From a virus, in IMG/VR virus record IMGVR_UViG_3300046660_000367, positions 34,276 to 98,275 of that record: a stretch of 64,000 bases of DNA, one strand, 5' to 3'. Under the pieces are notes generated by a model, which ran no database searches, was not told the origin of the DNA, and worked only from the letters and a program-made list of their open reading frames with translations. Shown piece after piece: positions 8,909 through 16,957 of this stretch (positions within the stretch are counted from its first letter, which is position 1; the number at the start of each line of letters is the position of its first letter). The position numbers were made by a program, and so were the translations under genes.

Positions 8909-9573
8909 GATGCCACCCGCTCGTCTACCCACACTTCGGCTGCCAGCGCCGCCATTTCTGCCACGGCCTTGTCGTCGGTTTCGGCGCGCGGGTACTCGCT
9001 GGTGGCGCGGCCGTCGCGGGCGCAGCGGCGGTAGGCCTTGCGCGAATGGACTTCGGTGGCCAGGATCGTGTAGTTCTGCATGTCGGCCAGCGCTTCACGC
9101 ATTTCCGCCACGTCCTGCTGCTGGGCGTTGGTGGGGGCGCAGTTGACCAGCAACACGGCGGCGAGGCCTTCGTTGATGGTGCGCACCTCGCCCACCAGCC
9201 TATCCATGGTGAAGGTCGAGAAGATATCGAACTGCGACGGTTCGCAGGGCGTGACGATCAGGTCCGCTACCATCATCGCGGCGCGCAGCTCGATCGAGTC
9301 CTGGCCACCGGCGTCGATGACGATGTGGTCGTATTTGTCCTTGAGGGCGCGCACTTCCTCCTTGAGCGACTTGCCGCGCAGGCCGATGCAGGTGATCGCC
9401 GGCAGAATGCCTTCCTCGCGCCGCGCTGCCGCCCATTGCTGCGCCGATCCCTGCTTGTCGGTGTCGATCAGCAGCACGTCCTTGCCCTGAGCCGCGCACG
9501 ATACCACCAGGTTGACCGCGATCGTGCTTTTGCCGACCCCGCCCTTTTCCGCTCCTACCACGACGATTGCCAT
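8905..9573 (-). CDS. parA: ParA family partition ATPase (short type Ib)
   Basis: deviant Walker A EKGGVGKST, LLIDTDKQGS, IVIDAGG, PCEPSQFD; no N-terminal HTH. Confidence 0.92.
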   Translation of the reverse strand: MAIVVVGAEKGGVGKSTIAVNLVVSCAAQGKDVLLIDTDKQGSAQQWAAARREEGILPAITCIGLRGKSLKEEVRALKDKYDHIVIDAGGQDSIELRAAMMVADLIVTPCEPSQFDIFSTFTMDRLVGEVRTINEGLAAVLLVNCAPTNAQQQDVAEMREALADMQNYTILATEVHSRKAYRRCARDGRATSEYPRAETDDKAVAEMAALAAEVWVDERVAS

Positions 9574-9599
9574 ACCGCCCCCTTGTTTAATGTGATGAC

Positions 9600-10065
9600 A
9601 AAAAGGAAGTATCTCATACGAATATGTGCAATGCAATGCTAATCATACAAATGTCGATCTGTATTGATAGGCATTAATCCACATAAGATAGGTTAAATTA
9701 GATTAATAGCAATTAAGTTAATGCTGAATACAATAAGTCACAGTTAATCGGCATTAATCTCATTAATGCCGATGAATATCATTTTAAATAAATTGGACCG
9801 ATATAAGACAACATAATTTTAATTAGCATTGCATTTATTGCATTAGTTTAATGTAAGTCTAATTTAATTGGTGCTGATCTATAGTAAACAACATAAGCTA
9901 ACATTATGCACTCCAACATAAATGTAATTGGTGTTGATAAGCACTAATTAGATTAAATTTAATTTGTGCAAATTTGATCAAAGTTAATCAGTGCTGATTA
10001 CAATTGCACAAACTTATACTTGTATGTGCAACTTTGTGCTATTTTGTGCAAAAAGTTGCACTAAT
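9600..10065. promoter_or_regulatory. very AT-rich non-coding tract with about 10-bp periodic TAA/TTAA motifs; candidate centromere and par promoter
   Basis: gcattaatcc acataagata ggttaaatta gattaatagc aattaagtta ... continuing for more than 300 bp upstream of parA. Confidence 0.6.
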
Positions 10066-10069
10066 GCCA

Positions 10070-10543
10070 TTATGTGTTTGCCACGGTGAGCAGGCGGCGC
10101 AGGGCGCTGTAGTTGGCAATTGACAGCCCGTTGGCCGGGTCGGTGAGTATCCAGCGCGGGCCGTGCATGTCGTCTATATCGAGGATATCGTCCACGATGG
10201 CATAGGTGATGACCTCCGGGTGGGCGGCCAGCCAGGCGGCGATCTCCATGGCGCGGGTGCCGGTGACGTTGATCGGCGTCACGTCCATGATCGGCAGGTC
10301 GAAGGCGTTGGCGGCCTCGTGCGCGGTGCAGGTGTAGCGCCAGTCCGACGACAGGACGACCGAGCAGCCGGTCTCGCGGCACAGGCGCCGCACCAGGCCG
10401 ATGGCGACATGGTCGAACTTGGCCATGTCGCCGGGCCGGAACGAGTGCGGAAAGCCACCGAACGCCATCTGGCTGCGGCCGCTGTTCAGGACGCCGTCGA
10501 TATCGAGGAATAGGACCTTGAGGCCGGGTTTAGCTGTTGACAT
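10070..10543 (-). CDS. HAD-superfamily protein (Swiss-Army-knife RNA-repair type)
   Basis: VLFLDIDGVLN, VVLSSDWR, YAIVDD motifs. Confidence 0.8.
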   Translation of the reverse strand: MSTAKPGLKVLFLDIDGVLNSGRSQMAFGGFPHSFRPGDMAKFDHVAIGLVRRLCRETGCSVVLSSDWRYTCTAHEAANAFDLPIMDVTPINVTGTRAMEIAAWLAAHPEVITYAIVDDILDIDDMHGPRWILTDPANGLSIANYSALRRLLTVANT

Positions 10544-11228
10544 AGATGGTGGTGAGCGCTTCTTTGAGTTTGTCCATGCCGCCCATGACGAGCATGGGTT
10601 CCTGTCCGATCGACTTGAGCAGCTCGACGTGTTTGTGGCTGACGAATTTCGTCATGACCACGACCTTGTGGCAAGCGCGCAAGCCATGCAGTTTGGCAAT
10701 GCAGTCGGCATCATATATCGTCAGCTTCAGTTCGTTGCCGAATTCGCGGACGATATGCTCATGGTGGATATTGAACAGGCCGATGACAGCGACATGCTTG
10801 CGGTACGCCGACGGCGTCTTGACGGCGGGGCGGTCCTCCGCATCCTTGCGCTGTTGCGTAACGCGGGCCGCTTCCAGTGCGTCACGGATTGCCGTTCTGT
10901 CCTTGGGCTTCGGTCCAGGCTTGGCACGCACCGGCGCGGGCGGGGTCACCTCGGCGCTTGGCGCCGGCTGGGCCTCCAGCGGCAGGGCAGACTGCACCGG
11001 GGGCAGCACCCGCTGCGTTTCCTCCCATCCTGCGCGCCCGCCGATGCGCCAGTCCTCCCATGTCAGCAACAGCTCGGCTGGGTCAGGGGGCAGCACGCGC
11101 CCCGGTTCGGTGAGGAAGGTGGCGATGCGCTGACCGACCACGCCCAGGTGGTCGGCGAACTGCGCGTCGGCCCGGTTGCGGAAGATGCGGCCATCGTCGG
11201 ACAGATAGGCGGTGATTTCCTGTGTCAA
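10530..11228 (-). CDS. hypothetical protein with DUF2325-like C-terminus
   Basis: KVVVMTKFVSHKH...GGMDKLKEAL. Confidence 0.55.
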   Translation of the reverse strand: MTQEITAYLSDDGRIFRNRADAQFADHLGVVGQRIATFLTEPGRVLPPDPAELLLTWEDWRIGGRAGWEETQRVLPPVQSALPLEAQPAPSAEVTPPAPVRAKPGPKPKDRTAIRDALEAARVTQQRKDAEDRPAVKTPSAYRKHVAVIGLFNIHHEHIVREFGNELKLTIYDADCIAKLHGLRACHKVVVMTKFVSHKHVELLKSIGQEPMLVMGGMDKLKEALTTIYVNS

Positions 11229-11240
11229 GGCCGCCTCCGC

Positions 11241-11474
11241 TTAGTAGTTCGGGTAGTACAGCAGCGTGCGCAGATCGGCGATCGACATGCCGGTGTAGTC
11301 GTGCAGCTTAATGAGCAGCGCTGCCGTGACGGGCAGGCGGTCATGGCGCACCTTGGACAGTGCCGGTGGCGACACCCCGACAGCACGCGCCAGGGCCGCG
11401 TCGTTCTTCAGGTTTTTGATTTCCAGCACGCTGTCCAGGAAATGGTTCGGGTTTTGCGGTGCTTTATTGGGCAT
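11241..11474 (-). CDS. small HTH protein of a family common in Oxalobacteraceae
   Basis: NPNHFLD...LKNDAALAR...PPALSKVRH.RLPV.A.LLI..H..TGMSI.DLR. Confidence 0.75.
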   Translation of the reverse strand: MPNKAPQNPNHFLDSVLEIKNLKNDAALARAVGVSPPALSKVRHDRLPVTAALLIKLHDYTGMSIADLRTLLYYPNY

Positions 11475-11497
11475 GGTGCATCCTTTATGGTGGGGAA

Positions 11498-11890
11498 TTA
11501 ATCGAATTGCACGCCCAGCTCCTGGGCGGCGTAGGCTTCTACCTGCTGCATGAACTGGCTGAATTCTTCGACGTTCAAGTCGGTCGAGGACATCGCCCGC
11601 ACGCCACCGCCGGGCAGGTCGATGACGCCGACAAACCGGCGCTTAAATAGCTCGTGCCAGCTCTCCTTGTCGTACTGGCGCCCATCCACCCACGCCTGCT
11701 CGGTGATCGCGCCCAGCACGGCCGGCCCGAAATAGCGCCGGTTCTGGTCCAGCGAACGCTTGGACTTGTAGAAGCTGACCGTCACGGCCAGGAACTTGCC
11801 CTCGCGGGCGAACACCTGCCAGTTGGCCGTCAGGAAGGCGACCAGGCCGGCAAGGTGCTGCGCCTCGCGTAGGACAAAAAGGCGCTGCAT
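11498..11890 (-). CDS. ninB: NinB/Orf family recombination protein
   Basis: RSLDQNRRY...ESWHELFK...SSTDLNVEEFSQFMQQVEAYAA. Confidence 0.8.
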   Translation of the reverse strand: MQRLFVLREAQHLAGLVAFLTANWQVFAREGKFLAVTVSFYKSKRSLDQNRRYFGPAVLGAITEQAWVDGRQYDKESWHELFKRRFVGVIDLPGGGVRAMSSTDLNVEEFSQFMQQVEAYAAQELGVQFD

Positions 11891-12228
11891 CAGTGGTGGT
11901 GCTTGTTCGGCGCTGGCGTTATGGCCACTGGAGCAGCAGGGGCGTCGGTCGCCAAGGCGATCACTTCGCGGATGCGCGCCGTGAAGATGTCCACGCCAGT
12001 AACGGGGTCAGCCGCGAATTCCACAAACAGCGTGCCCATGCAGTCGGCGATCTGCGTCAGCGCCAAGTTCAGGGCGTGCTGCTTTGCGGCGGTCGTGTCA
12101 AAGTCATTGGCCGCATCCAGTATGGAATCGACGAAGCAGGCGAAGCACGGCATTTGGACATCGGGGCCGTAGTGGGGCAGGTCCATTTCGTCGTCGGCGG
12201 CGTCGGTCAGGTCGGTGAAGTCGGTCAT
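11890..12228 (-). CDS. hypothetical protein
   Basis: coupled acidic ORF. Confidence 0.55.
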   Translation of the reverse strand: MTDFTDLTDAADDEMDLPHYGPDVQMPCFACFVDSILDAANDFDTTAAKQHALNLALTQIADCMGTLFVEFAADPVTGVDIFTARIREVIALATDAPAAPVAITPAPNKHHH

Positions 12229-12719
12229 GGGCAGTCTTTCAATGGCAGTTGCAGCGTTGGTGTGGCCGAGCTGCGCAGCACGTCATCAACTTGCGTGCGC
12301 ACTTCCTGTGATGGAAAGGATTTGAAGGTCTCGTACTCGCTGATCTGCGAGTTGTTGATGACGCCACCCGTCCGCTCGGCCAGCTCGGTCTGTTTCAGCT
12401 CCCTGCTCAAGCGCAGGAAGCGCGCTTCGGATGCCCAAAGCTCATCTGCGGTAAAGAAGGTGGACATGCCCTTGCTGGCAGCTGCGGCCGCCGCAGCCAG
12501 TGCCGCCTCCTTGGTGGCTGCGCGAAACGCGGTGCAGTAGCCAAACCAGAGGCTGGAAAAGGCGTCGCTAAAGTCACTCGCGCTGGCAATGCGACCGCCG
12601 ATATCGCGCAGCAGGTCCATCAGGTCCTTGGCGAAAGCAGCGTGTGCCTCGTCTACCGTGTCGGTTTCCAGAAGGAATACGCCGAACCGCTTGTCGAGTA
12701 GGGTCTTGGTGTCGATCAT
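12225..12719 (-). CDS. protein with C-terminal XRE HTH
   Basis: RFLRLSRELKQTELAERT....SQISEYE. Confidence 0.6.
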   Translation of the reverse strand: MIDTKTLLDKRFGVFLLETDTVDEAHAAFAKDLMDLLRDIGGRIASASDFSDAFSSLWFGYCTAFRAATKEAALAAAAAAASKGMSTFFTADELWASEARFLRLSRELKQTELAERTGGVINNSQISEYETFKSFPSQEVRTQVDDVLRSSATPTLQLPLKDCP

Positions 12720-13267
12720 CAGAATTCCCCCTGATTGACCATGGCCAGTGCCAGGCCGCGGCCGTGGCGCGCGCGCAGCTGGGCCTTGGAATGGCCAGCG
12801 GTGTCGTTGAGGATGGTCAGGTCCCGCAGGAATGGGATATCGTCCATCGGGAAGTCGGCGTTGCGGGCTGGCGCGCGTTCCGGCGGTGGTGCCTGGCGCT
12901 GCGGCGCTGGTGCGCTCTGGCCGCCACCCTCGGGGCGCCCGCCCAGCATCTGCATGGACTCGGCCACGATGTCGGTGGCGTACTTTTCGACGCCGTCCTT
13001 GTCGGTGTACTTGCGCGTTTGCAGGCGCCCCTCGACGTAGACCGACGATCCCTTTTTCAGGTACTGGCCGACGATCTCGGCCAGCTTGCCGAAGAAGCTG
13101 ATGCGGTGCCATTCGGTCGATTCCTTGACCTCGCCGGTATTCTTGTCCTTGTTCTTGTACGAGGTGGCGACGGCGATGTTGGCGATCGCATCGCCCGATG
13201 GCATGTAGCGCATTTCGGGATCGCGCCCGAGGTTACCGACAATGATGACTTTGTTGACAGATGCCAT
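12719..13267 (-). CDS. ssb: single-stranded DNA-binding protein with an extension after the acidic tip
   Basis: [18 protein letters not shown]...TEWHRI...[12 protein letters not shown]; DDIPF followed by 36 extra residues. Confidence 0.95.
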   Translation of the reverse strand: MASVNKVIIVGNLGRDPEMRYMPSGDAIANIAVATSYKNKDKNTGEVKESTEWHRISFFGKLAEIVGQYLKKGSSVYVEGRLQTRKYTDKDGVEKYATDIVAESMQMLGGRPEGGGQSAPAPQRQAPPPERAPARNADFPMDDIPFLRDLTILNDTAGHSKAQLRARHGRGLALAMVNQGEF

Positions 13268-13282
13268 GGGATTCCTTGGTGG

Positions 13283-14014
13283 TTAGAGTGGGTGTTCCGC
13301 GTGGATGCGCTCGATGTAGGCGGCGATGTACTGGCGTGCCGCGATCACCTTGCGCATGATTTTTTGTTCCAGCGCGCGGTCGCGCTGGTAGTGCACGACG
13401 GTTACCCGCAGGTGTTCGGGCAGCGCGTCAACTTCGTGCAGCTCGCGCTGCTCGTAGCGAATCAGTTCTTCAGGCGTGTCCACCAGGCAGTAGGCCACTT
13501 CCGCCGCCTCGGCGTCCCACAGCCACATGTAGCCGCGCATCTGCCACTCGTAGTCGCGGTCCTCGCCTTCCTCGGCCGTCATCGGGAACGTAGCGCGCGA
13601 CCAGCTGGACTTGGTATCGACGATCTTCTTGCCGGTCCAGATATCGCACTCACCGGTGATGTAGTCGTTCTGGCGTCGTTCGGTGTTCTTGACGTAATTG
13701 GTGAAGAAGCGCGAGTTGTAGAGGGCGATGGCGTCGTTCTCGACGATCACGCCCTTGTCCAGGTACTTGCTGGTGACGACCTCGTGGAAGTCGAGCATGA
13801 ATTCGCGCGCCCACTTCTTCAGGTAGGTCTTGGCGCCGGCCGACAAGCTGTAGTCGAACAGCTCGGCCAGCTGCGCCTGTTCCTCGTCGCTCTTGACCTT
13901 CTTCTTGGCGATGACGGCCGTGTCCTCATCGAGCAGGGCCGGGTCGATCGCCTTCGGATCGGTCATCAACTGGCCCAGGCTGGAGCAGCGCATGCGGAAT
14001 TCGGGAACGATCAC
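13283..14014 (-). CDS. YqaJ/lambda-exonuclease-like nuclease
   Basis: RCSSLG.LMT, KG...E..AI, TGECD, DTKSSW, YEWQMRGYMWL. Confidence 0.8.
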   Translation of the reverse strand: MIVPEFRMRCSSLGQLMTDPKAIDPALLDEDTAVIAKKKVKSDEEQAQLAELFDYSLSAGAKTYLKKWAREFMLDFHEVVTSKYLDKGVIVENDAIALYNSRFFTNYVKNTERRQNDYITGECDIWTGKKIVDTKSSWSRATFPMTAEEGEDRDYEWQMRGYMWLWDAEAAEVAYCLVDTPEELIRYEQRELHEVDALPEHLRVTVVHYQRDRALEQKIMRKVIAARQYIAAYIERIHAEHPL

Positions 14015-14517
14015 GCGGCCGGCTCCGCTTCGACGGCGGCCAGCTCGGCCTCCTGGGCCAGTGACAGGGCAAACTTGTCGCGCAGGGTGGCCGCCGCGAA
14101 GGTGCCTGCCTTGATGCCGGCCAGCGCCTTGCTGAAGCGGGCGGCAGCCAGCGGCTCCTTCTCCAGGGGCGGAATTTTCGCGCGGATGCGCAGGCACTCG
14201 ACCATGTCGGAGCCGAGCTTGGTGGTGGAAGCGTACAGCGTCACGCGCTGGTTCGCCCAGTCCTCGATGTAGGGGCCGTACAGCTTTTCCAGCGTCTTCT
14301 GGTTGGTGACGTTCAGGATCATCGGCTTGTGCCCAGCCAGGTACATCAGGCTGTGGTCTTCCTTCTTCCCGCCCATCATCGTGACCGTTTCCTTCTGCAC
14401 GTAGTTGATGGTGACGGTCATGTCGGCGCCGTTGGGCAGCGCGTAGGCGCCGATGAAGCGCGGATCGGTCAGCTGCTTCCAGTGGGTCTTGCTCAGTAGC
14501 GCGGCGACCTGGCTCAT
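14011..14517 (-). CDS. phage recombination-associated protein (probable exonuclease partner)
   Basis: THWKQL.DPRFIGAY.L...KPMILN.TN...EDW....VTLY...ECLRIR; lies upstream of exonuclease and ssb. Confidence 0.65.
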   Translation of the reverse strand: MSQVAALLSKTHWKQLTDPRFIGAYALPNGADMTVTINYVQKETVTMMGGKKEDHSLMYLAGHKPMILNVTNQKTLEKLYGPYIEDWANQRVTLYASTTKLGSDMVECLRIRAKIPPLEKEPLAAARFSKALAGIKAGTFAAATLRDKFALSLAQEAELAAVEAEPAA

Positions 14518-14936
14518 GCGCGGCCCTCCAGTTCGGTGTCGATCCAGGCATCGACAAAGGCGTCGGCGCGGTTTTCGCGCATCTGCTTGAGCAGGGCCAG
14601 CTCCATGGCGATCAGGCCGCGGTCGGTGAAGTAGGGGCGCAGGTCGCTGCCGGCCGCCAGCGTGACCAGCACGCCGCGCTCGGCGTCGGCGAAGTGCAGC
14701 GGCTGCGCTGACTTGATGCGCAGAATATCCAGGCACTCCTGTTCGCCCGGCTCGTCGCTGGGGTCGCCATTGGGCAGGTACATCGCCGCCAGGCGCGGCG
14801 CGGTGTAGTCGTAATCGACCAGCAGCTGGGCCGGGGCGGTGAGAACCGGCAGCGCCGCCGGCTCGTTGCGTTCGCCGCGCAGGTCGGCGGCGCACACCCC
14901 GAGGGCGAGATAGGGGAAGGTGTAAGAGGTTTTCAA
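14514..14936 (-). CDS. hypothetical protein, first gene of the PL operon
   Basis: TTG start after AGGAG. Confidence 0.5.
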   Translation of the reverse strand: MKTSYTFPYLALGVCAADLRGERNEPAALPVLTAPAQLLVDYDYTAPRLAAMYLPNGDPSDEPGEQECLDILRIKSAQPLHFADAERGVLVTLAAGSDLRPYFTDRGLIAMELALLKQMRENRADAFVDAWIDTELEGRA

Positions 14937-14977
14937 CCGCACTCCTGTTTTCGTTGAGGCAACGGAAAACAGTGTAC

Positions 14978-15031
14978 GTAAGGTAAACTTACTTCTGCAA
15001 GACAATATTGCTAAATGCAAGTTTAGCTTGC
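14978..15031. promoter_or_regulatory. OL-like triple operator, consensus CAAG-N5-CTTG
   Basis: TAAGgtaaaCTTA 14979, CAAGacaatATTG 14998, CAAGtttagCTTG 15018; 19-20 bp spacing. Confidence 0.7.
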
Positions 15032-15164
15032 GGTGTTGTGGCTAAAGTAACTGTTGCTTGCTTACCAATAATCGACGGCGATCAATCGTTCTCAATCGTT
15101 TTCACTGTTCTGGTGCTTGTCCGATGGCGTCCGATGGCGTCCATCGGCACCTGGCGCGGGACGC

Positions 15165-15190
15165 AAAAAAGCCCCGCACGCGGCGGGGCT
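15165..15190 (-). terminator. intrinsic terminator downstream of cI
   Basis: AGCCCCGC...GCGGGGCT hairpin followed by a U-run on the minus strand. Confidence 0.75.
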
Positions 15191-15212
15191 GGTTGGCGGG
15201 GATGGGGCCAGG

Positions 15213-15857
15213 TCAGGCGAAGGTACTCTGCGCCACGATCACCCGGCCGAGGACCGGCGGCAGCTGGTCCGGCTGGTAGGTTTCGGGCGCTGTCGCCGGC
15301 TGGTCGGTGCGCAACTCGATGCTGCCGTCGGCGCGCATGAACACGCGCCGCACCAGCAGGCCGTGGGCCGTTTGGAACACGTAGATTTTTGACGACACCA
15401 GCGTCTTGTCGGCGGCATGGACGAGCAGCTGGTTTCCCAAGGACATGCTGCTGTCATTGGAGATAACGACCACGCAGTCGCTTGCGCGAGCGCCCAGGTC
15501 GGTCAGCAAATCCTTGCGATACGCATACGTATCCTTGCCGTCAAGGTGATCGACGACCTCATCATGGTAGTTCACGGTGGGACCCTTTTTGAACGCCTCT
15601 GCATACCGGGGTATGAAGGCATATTTATCGTTGGGGTCCACGTTAGCACTAATTCCAAGGGTCAAGTATTCGACCGTCGTTTTTAATGCGTCGGCGACTT
15701 TTTTTGTGAGGTGGCGGCGTGGCGCTGTGCCTTTTTGGTCTTCCGGCAGCTCCCACAGCAGCACCGTTTGACGCGAGACACCGACCGTGTCGGCCAACTC
15801 CTGGGGCGACAGCTTGAGTTCCAAGCGGCGCTCTTTAATTCTCGAATGTATGTCCAT
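15213..15857 (-). CDS. cI: CI-like repressor (XRE HTH plus degenerate S24 domain)
   Basis: RIKERRLELKLSPQELADTVGVSRQTVLLWE; C-terminal DSSM...LLV...YVF...LLVRRV; divergent from a cro-like gene. Confidence 0.85.
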   Translation of the reverse strand: MDIHSRIKERRLELKLSPQELADTVGVSRQTVLLWELPEDQKGTAPRRHLTKKVADALKTTVEYLTLGISANVDPNDKYAFIPRYAEAFKKGPTVNYHDEVVDHLDGKDTYAYRKDLLTDLGARASDCVVVISNDSSMSLGNQLLVHAADKTLVSSKIYVFQTAHGLLVRRVFMRADGSIELRTDQPATAPETYQPDQLPPVLGRVIVAQSTFA

Positions 15858-15873
15858 GAGACAGCATGGTACT

Positions 15874-15927
15874 ACAAGTCTGTCTTGCGGTTTGAAATAA
15901 TATCTTGCAAGTGCAATGTTATCTTGT
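15874..15927. promoter_or_regulatory. OR-like triple operator
   Basis: CAAGtctgtCTTG 15875, AAATaatatCTTG 15895, CAATgttatCTTG 15914. Confidence 0.7.
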
Positions 15928-15941
15928 CAAAATCAGTCCCT

Positions 15942-16529
15942 ATGATAAAGATATCCAAGCGCATCCAAGACATCATCCGCTCCCGCGAGTGGGTCGCACT
16001 GGACACCGTCGCCAAGCACGCTGGGTCGAAATCGGCCCTCGGCGACCTGTTTGGTGTGAGCTACCAGGCGGTGCAGAGTTGGTACAGGAACCGCGTGCCG
16101 TTGCAGCACTGCCCGATCATGGAGACCATGACACGCGGCGCAGTGCAGTGCGAACAGCTGCGCGCCGATTACAGCAAGCTGTACGAGCGGCCATACCGCA
16201 AGGCGCACAACATTTACCGCGCCGGCGATCCGCCACGCATCTACATCGCCGGCCCGATGACAGGCTACCCGGAGCTGAACCATCCCGCCTTCCACGCCGA
16301 GGCGGCCCGCCTGCGCGCCGCCGGCCTGAACGTGGTCTGCCCAGCCGAGGTCACGCTGGACGGCAATCCCACCTGGTTCGACTACATGCGCGCCGATCTG
16401 CGTCTGATGATGCAGTGCAGCACCATCTGCCTGCTGCCAGGCTGGCGCCGCTCGAAAGGCGCACGCATTGAATACTTCATCGCCAAGTGCCTCGGCTTCG
16501 AGGTGATGGTCGCCGGGGAATTGGCATGA
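15942..16529 (+). CDS. Cro/YdaS-like HTH fused to DUF4406 (nucleoside deoxyribosyltransferase-like) domain
   Basis: GSKSALGDLFGVSYQAVQSW...VP..C..ME..T.GAV.CEQLR.D, then IYIAGPMTG...N.PAF...YMR.DL...LPGW..SKGA.IE. Confidence 0.8.
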   Translation: MIKISKRIQDIIRSREWVALDTVAKHAGSKSALGDLFGVSYQAVQSWYRNRVPLQHCPIMETMTRGAVQCEQLRADYSKLYERPYRKAHNIYRAGDPPRIYIAGPMTGYPELNHPAFHAEAARLRAAGLNVVCPAEVTLDGNPTWFDYMRADLRLMMQCSTICLLPGWRRSKGARIEYFIAKCLGFEVMVAGELA

Positions 16530-16957
16530 AGCGCAGCGGCCCGCTCAAGCGCAGCACCCCGATGCAGCGTAGCCCGATGGCCCCGCCGAAAACGGGTGCG
16601 CCGGCCAAAGGCGCCAAGCCGAAGCGGGCCAAGAAACTGACCTCACACGAGCGCCCGGTCAGCGCCGCCGAGAAGGCGCTGTGGGACCGTATGGCCAGCG
16701 AGATCGGCTGCATCGCCTGCCGCGTGGCCGGCCGCGCCACCAGCGAGTACGTGTCGATCCACCACATTGACGGGCGCACCCGTCCTGGTTGCCACCTGCT
16801 GGTGCTGCCGCTGTGTGCTGGTTGCCACCAGCAGGGCACCGGCAACGACAAGAGCCTGGTCGCGGTGCACCCGAACAAAGCCCGCTTTGAAAAGCTGTAC
16901 GGCAGTCAGCTCGAACTGCTCGACATGATCCACGCTATCCTCGGAATGCAGCCATGA
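16526..16957 (+). CDS. Ref family recombination-enhancement HNH-like nuclease
   Basis: basic N-terminus; GCIAC...SIHHIDGRTRPGCH..VLPLC..CHQ...HP.KARFE..YG. Confidence 0.8.
   Translation: MKRSGPLKRSTPMQRSPMAPPKTGAPAKGAKPKRAKKLTSHERPVSAAEKALWDRMASEIGCIACRVAGRATSEYVSIHHIDGRTRPGCHLLVLPLCAGCHQQGTGNDKSLVAVHPNKARFEKLYGSQLELLDMIHAILGMQP

Noticed and set aside
9600-10065. CRISPR array
   Set aside because: No identical 25-40 bp repeats with unique spacers; only short degenerate periodic motifs
12644-14272. Long opposite-strand ORFs (also 17993-19387, 59297-61237, most of 54412-55842)
   Set aside because: Shadow frames of well-supported genes in GC-rich DNA, without recognisable motifs
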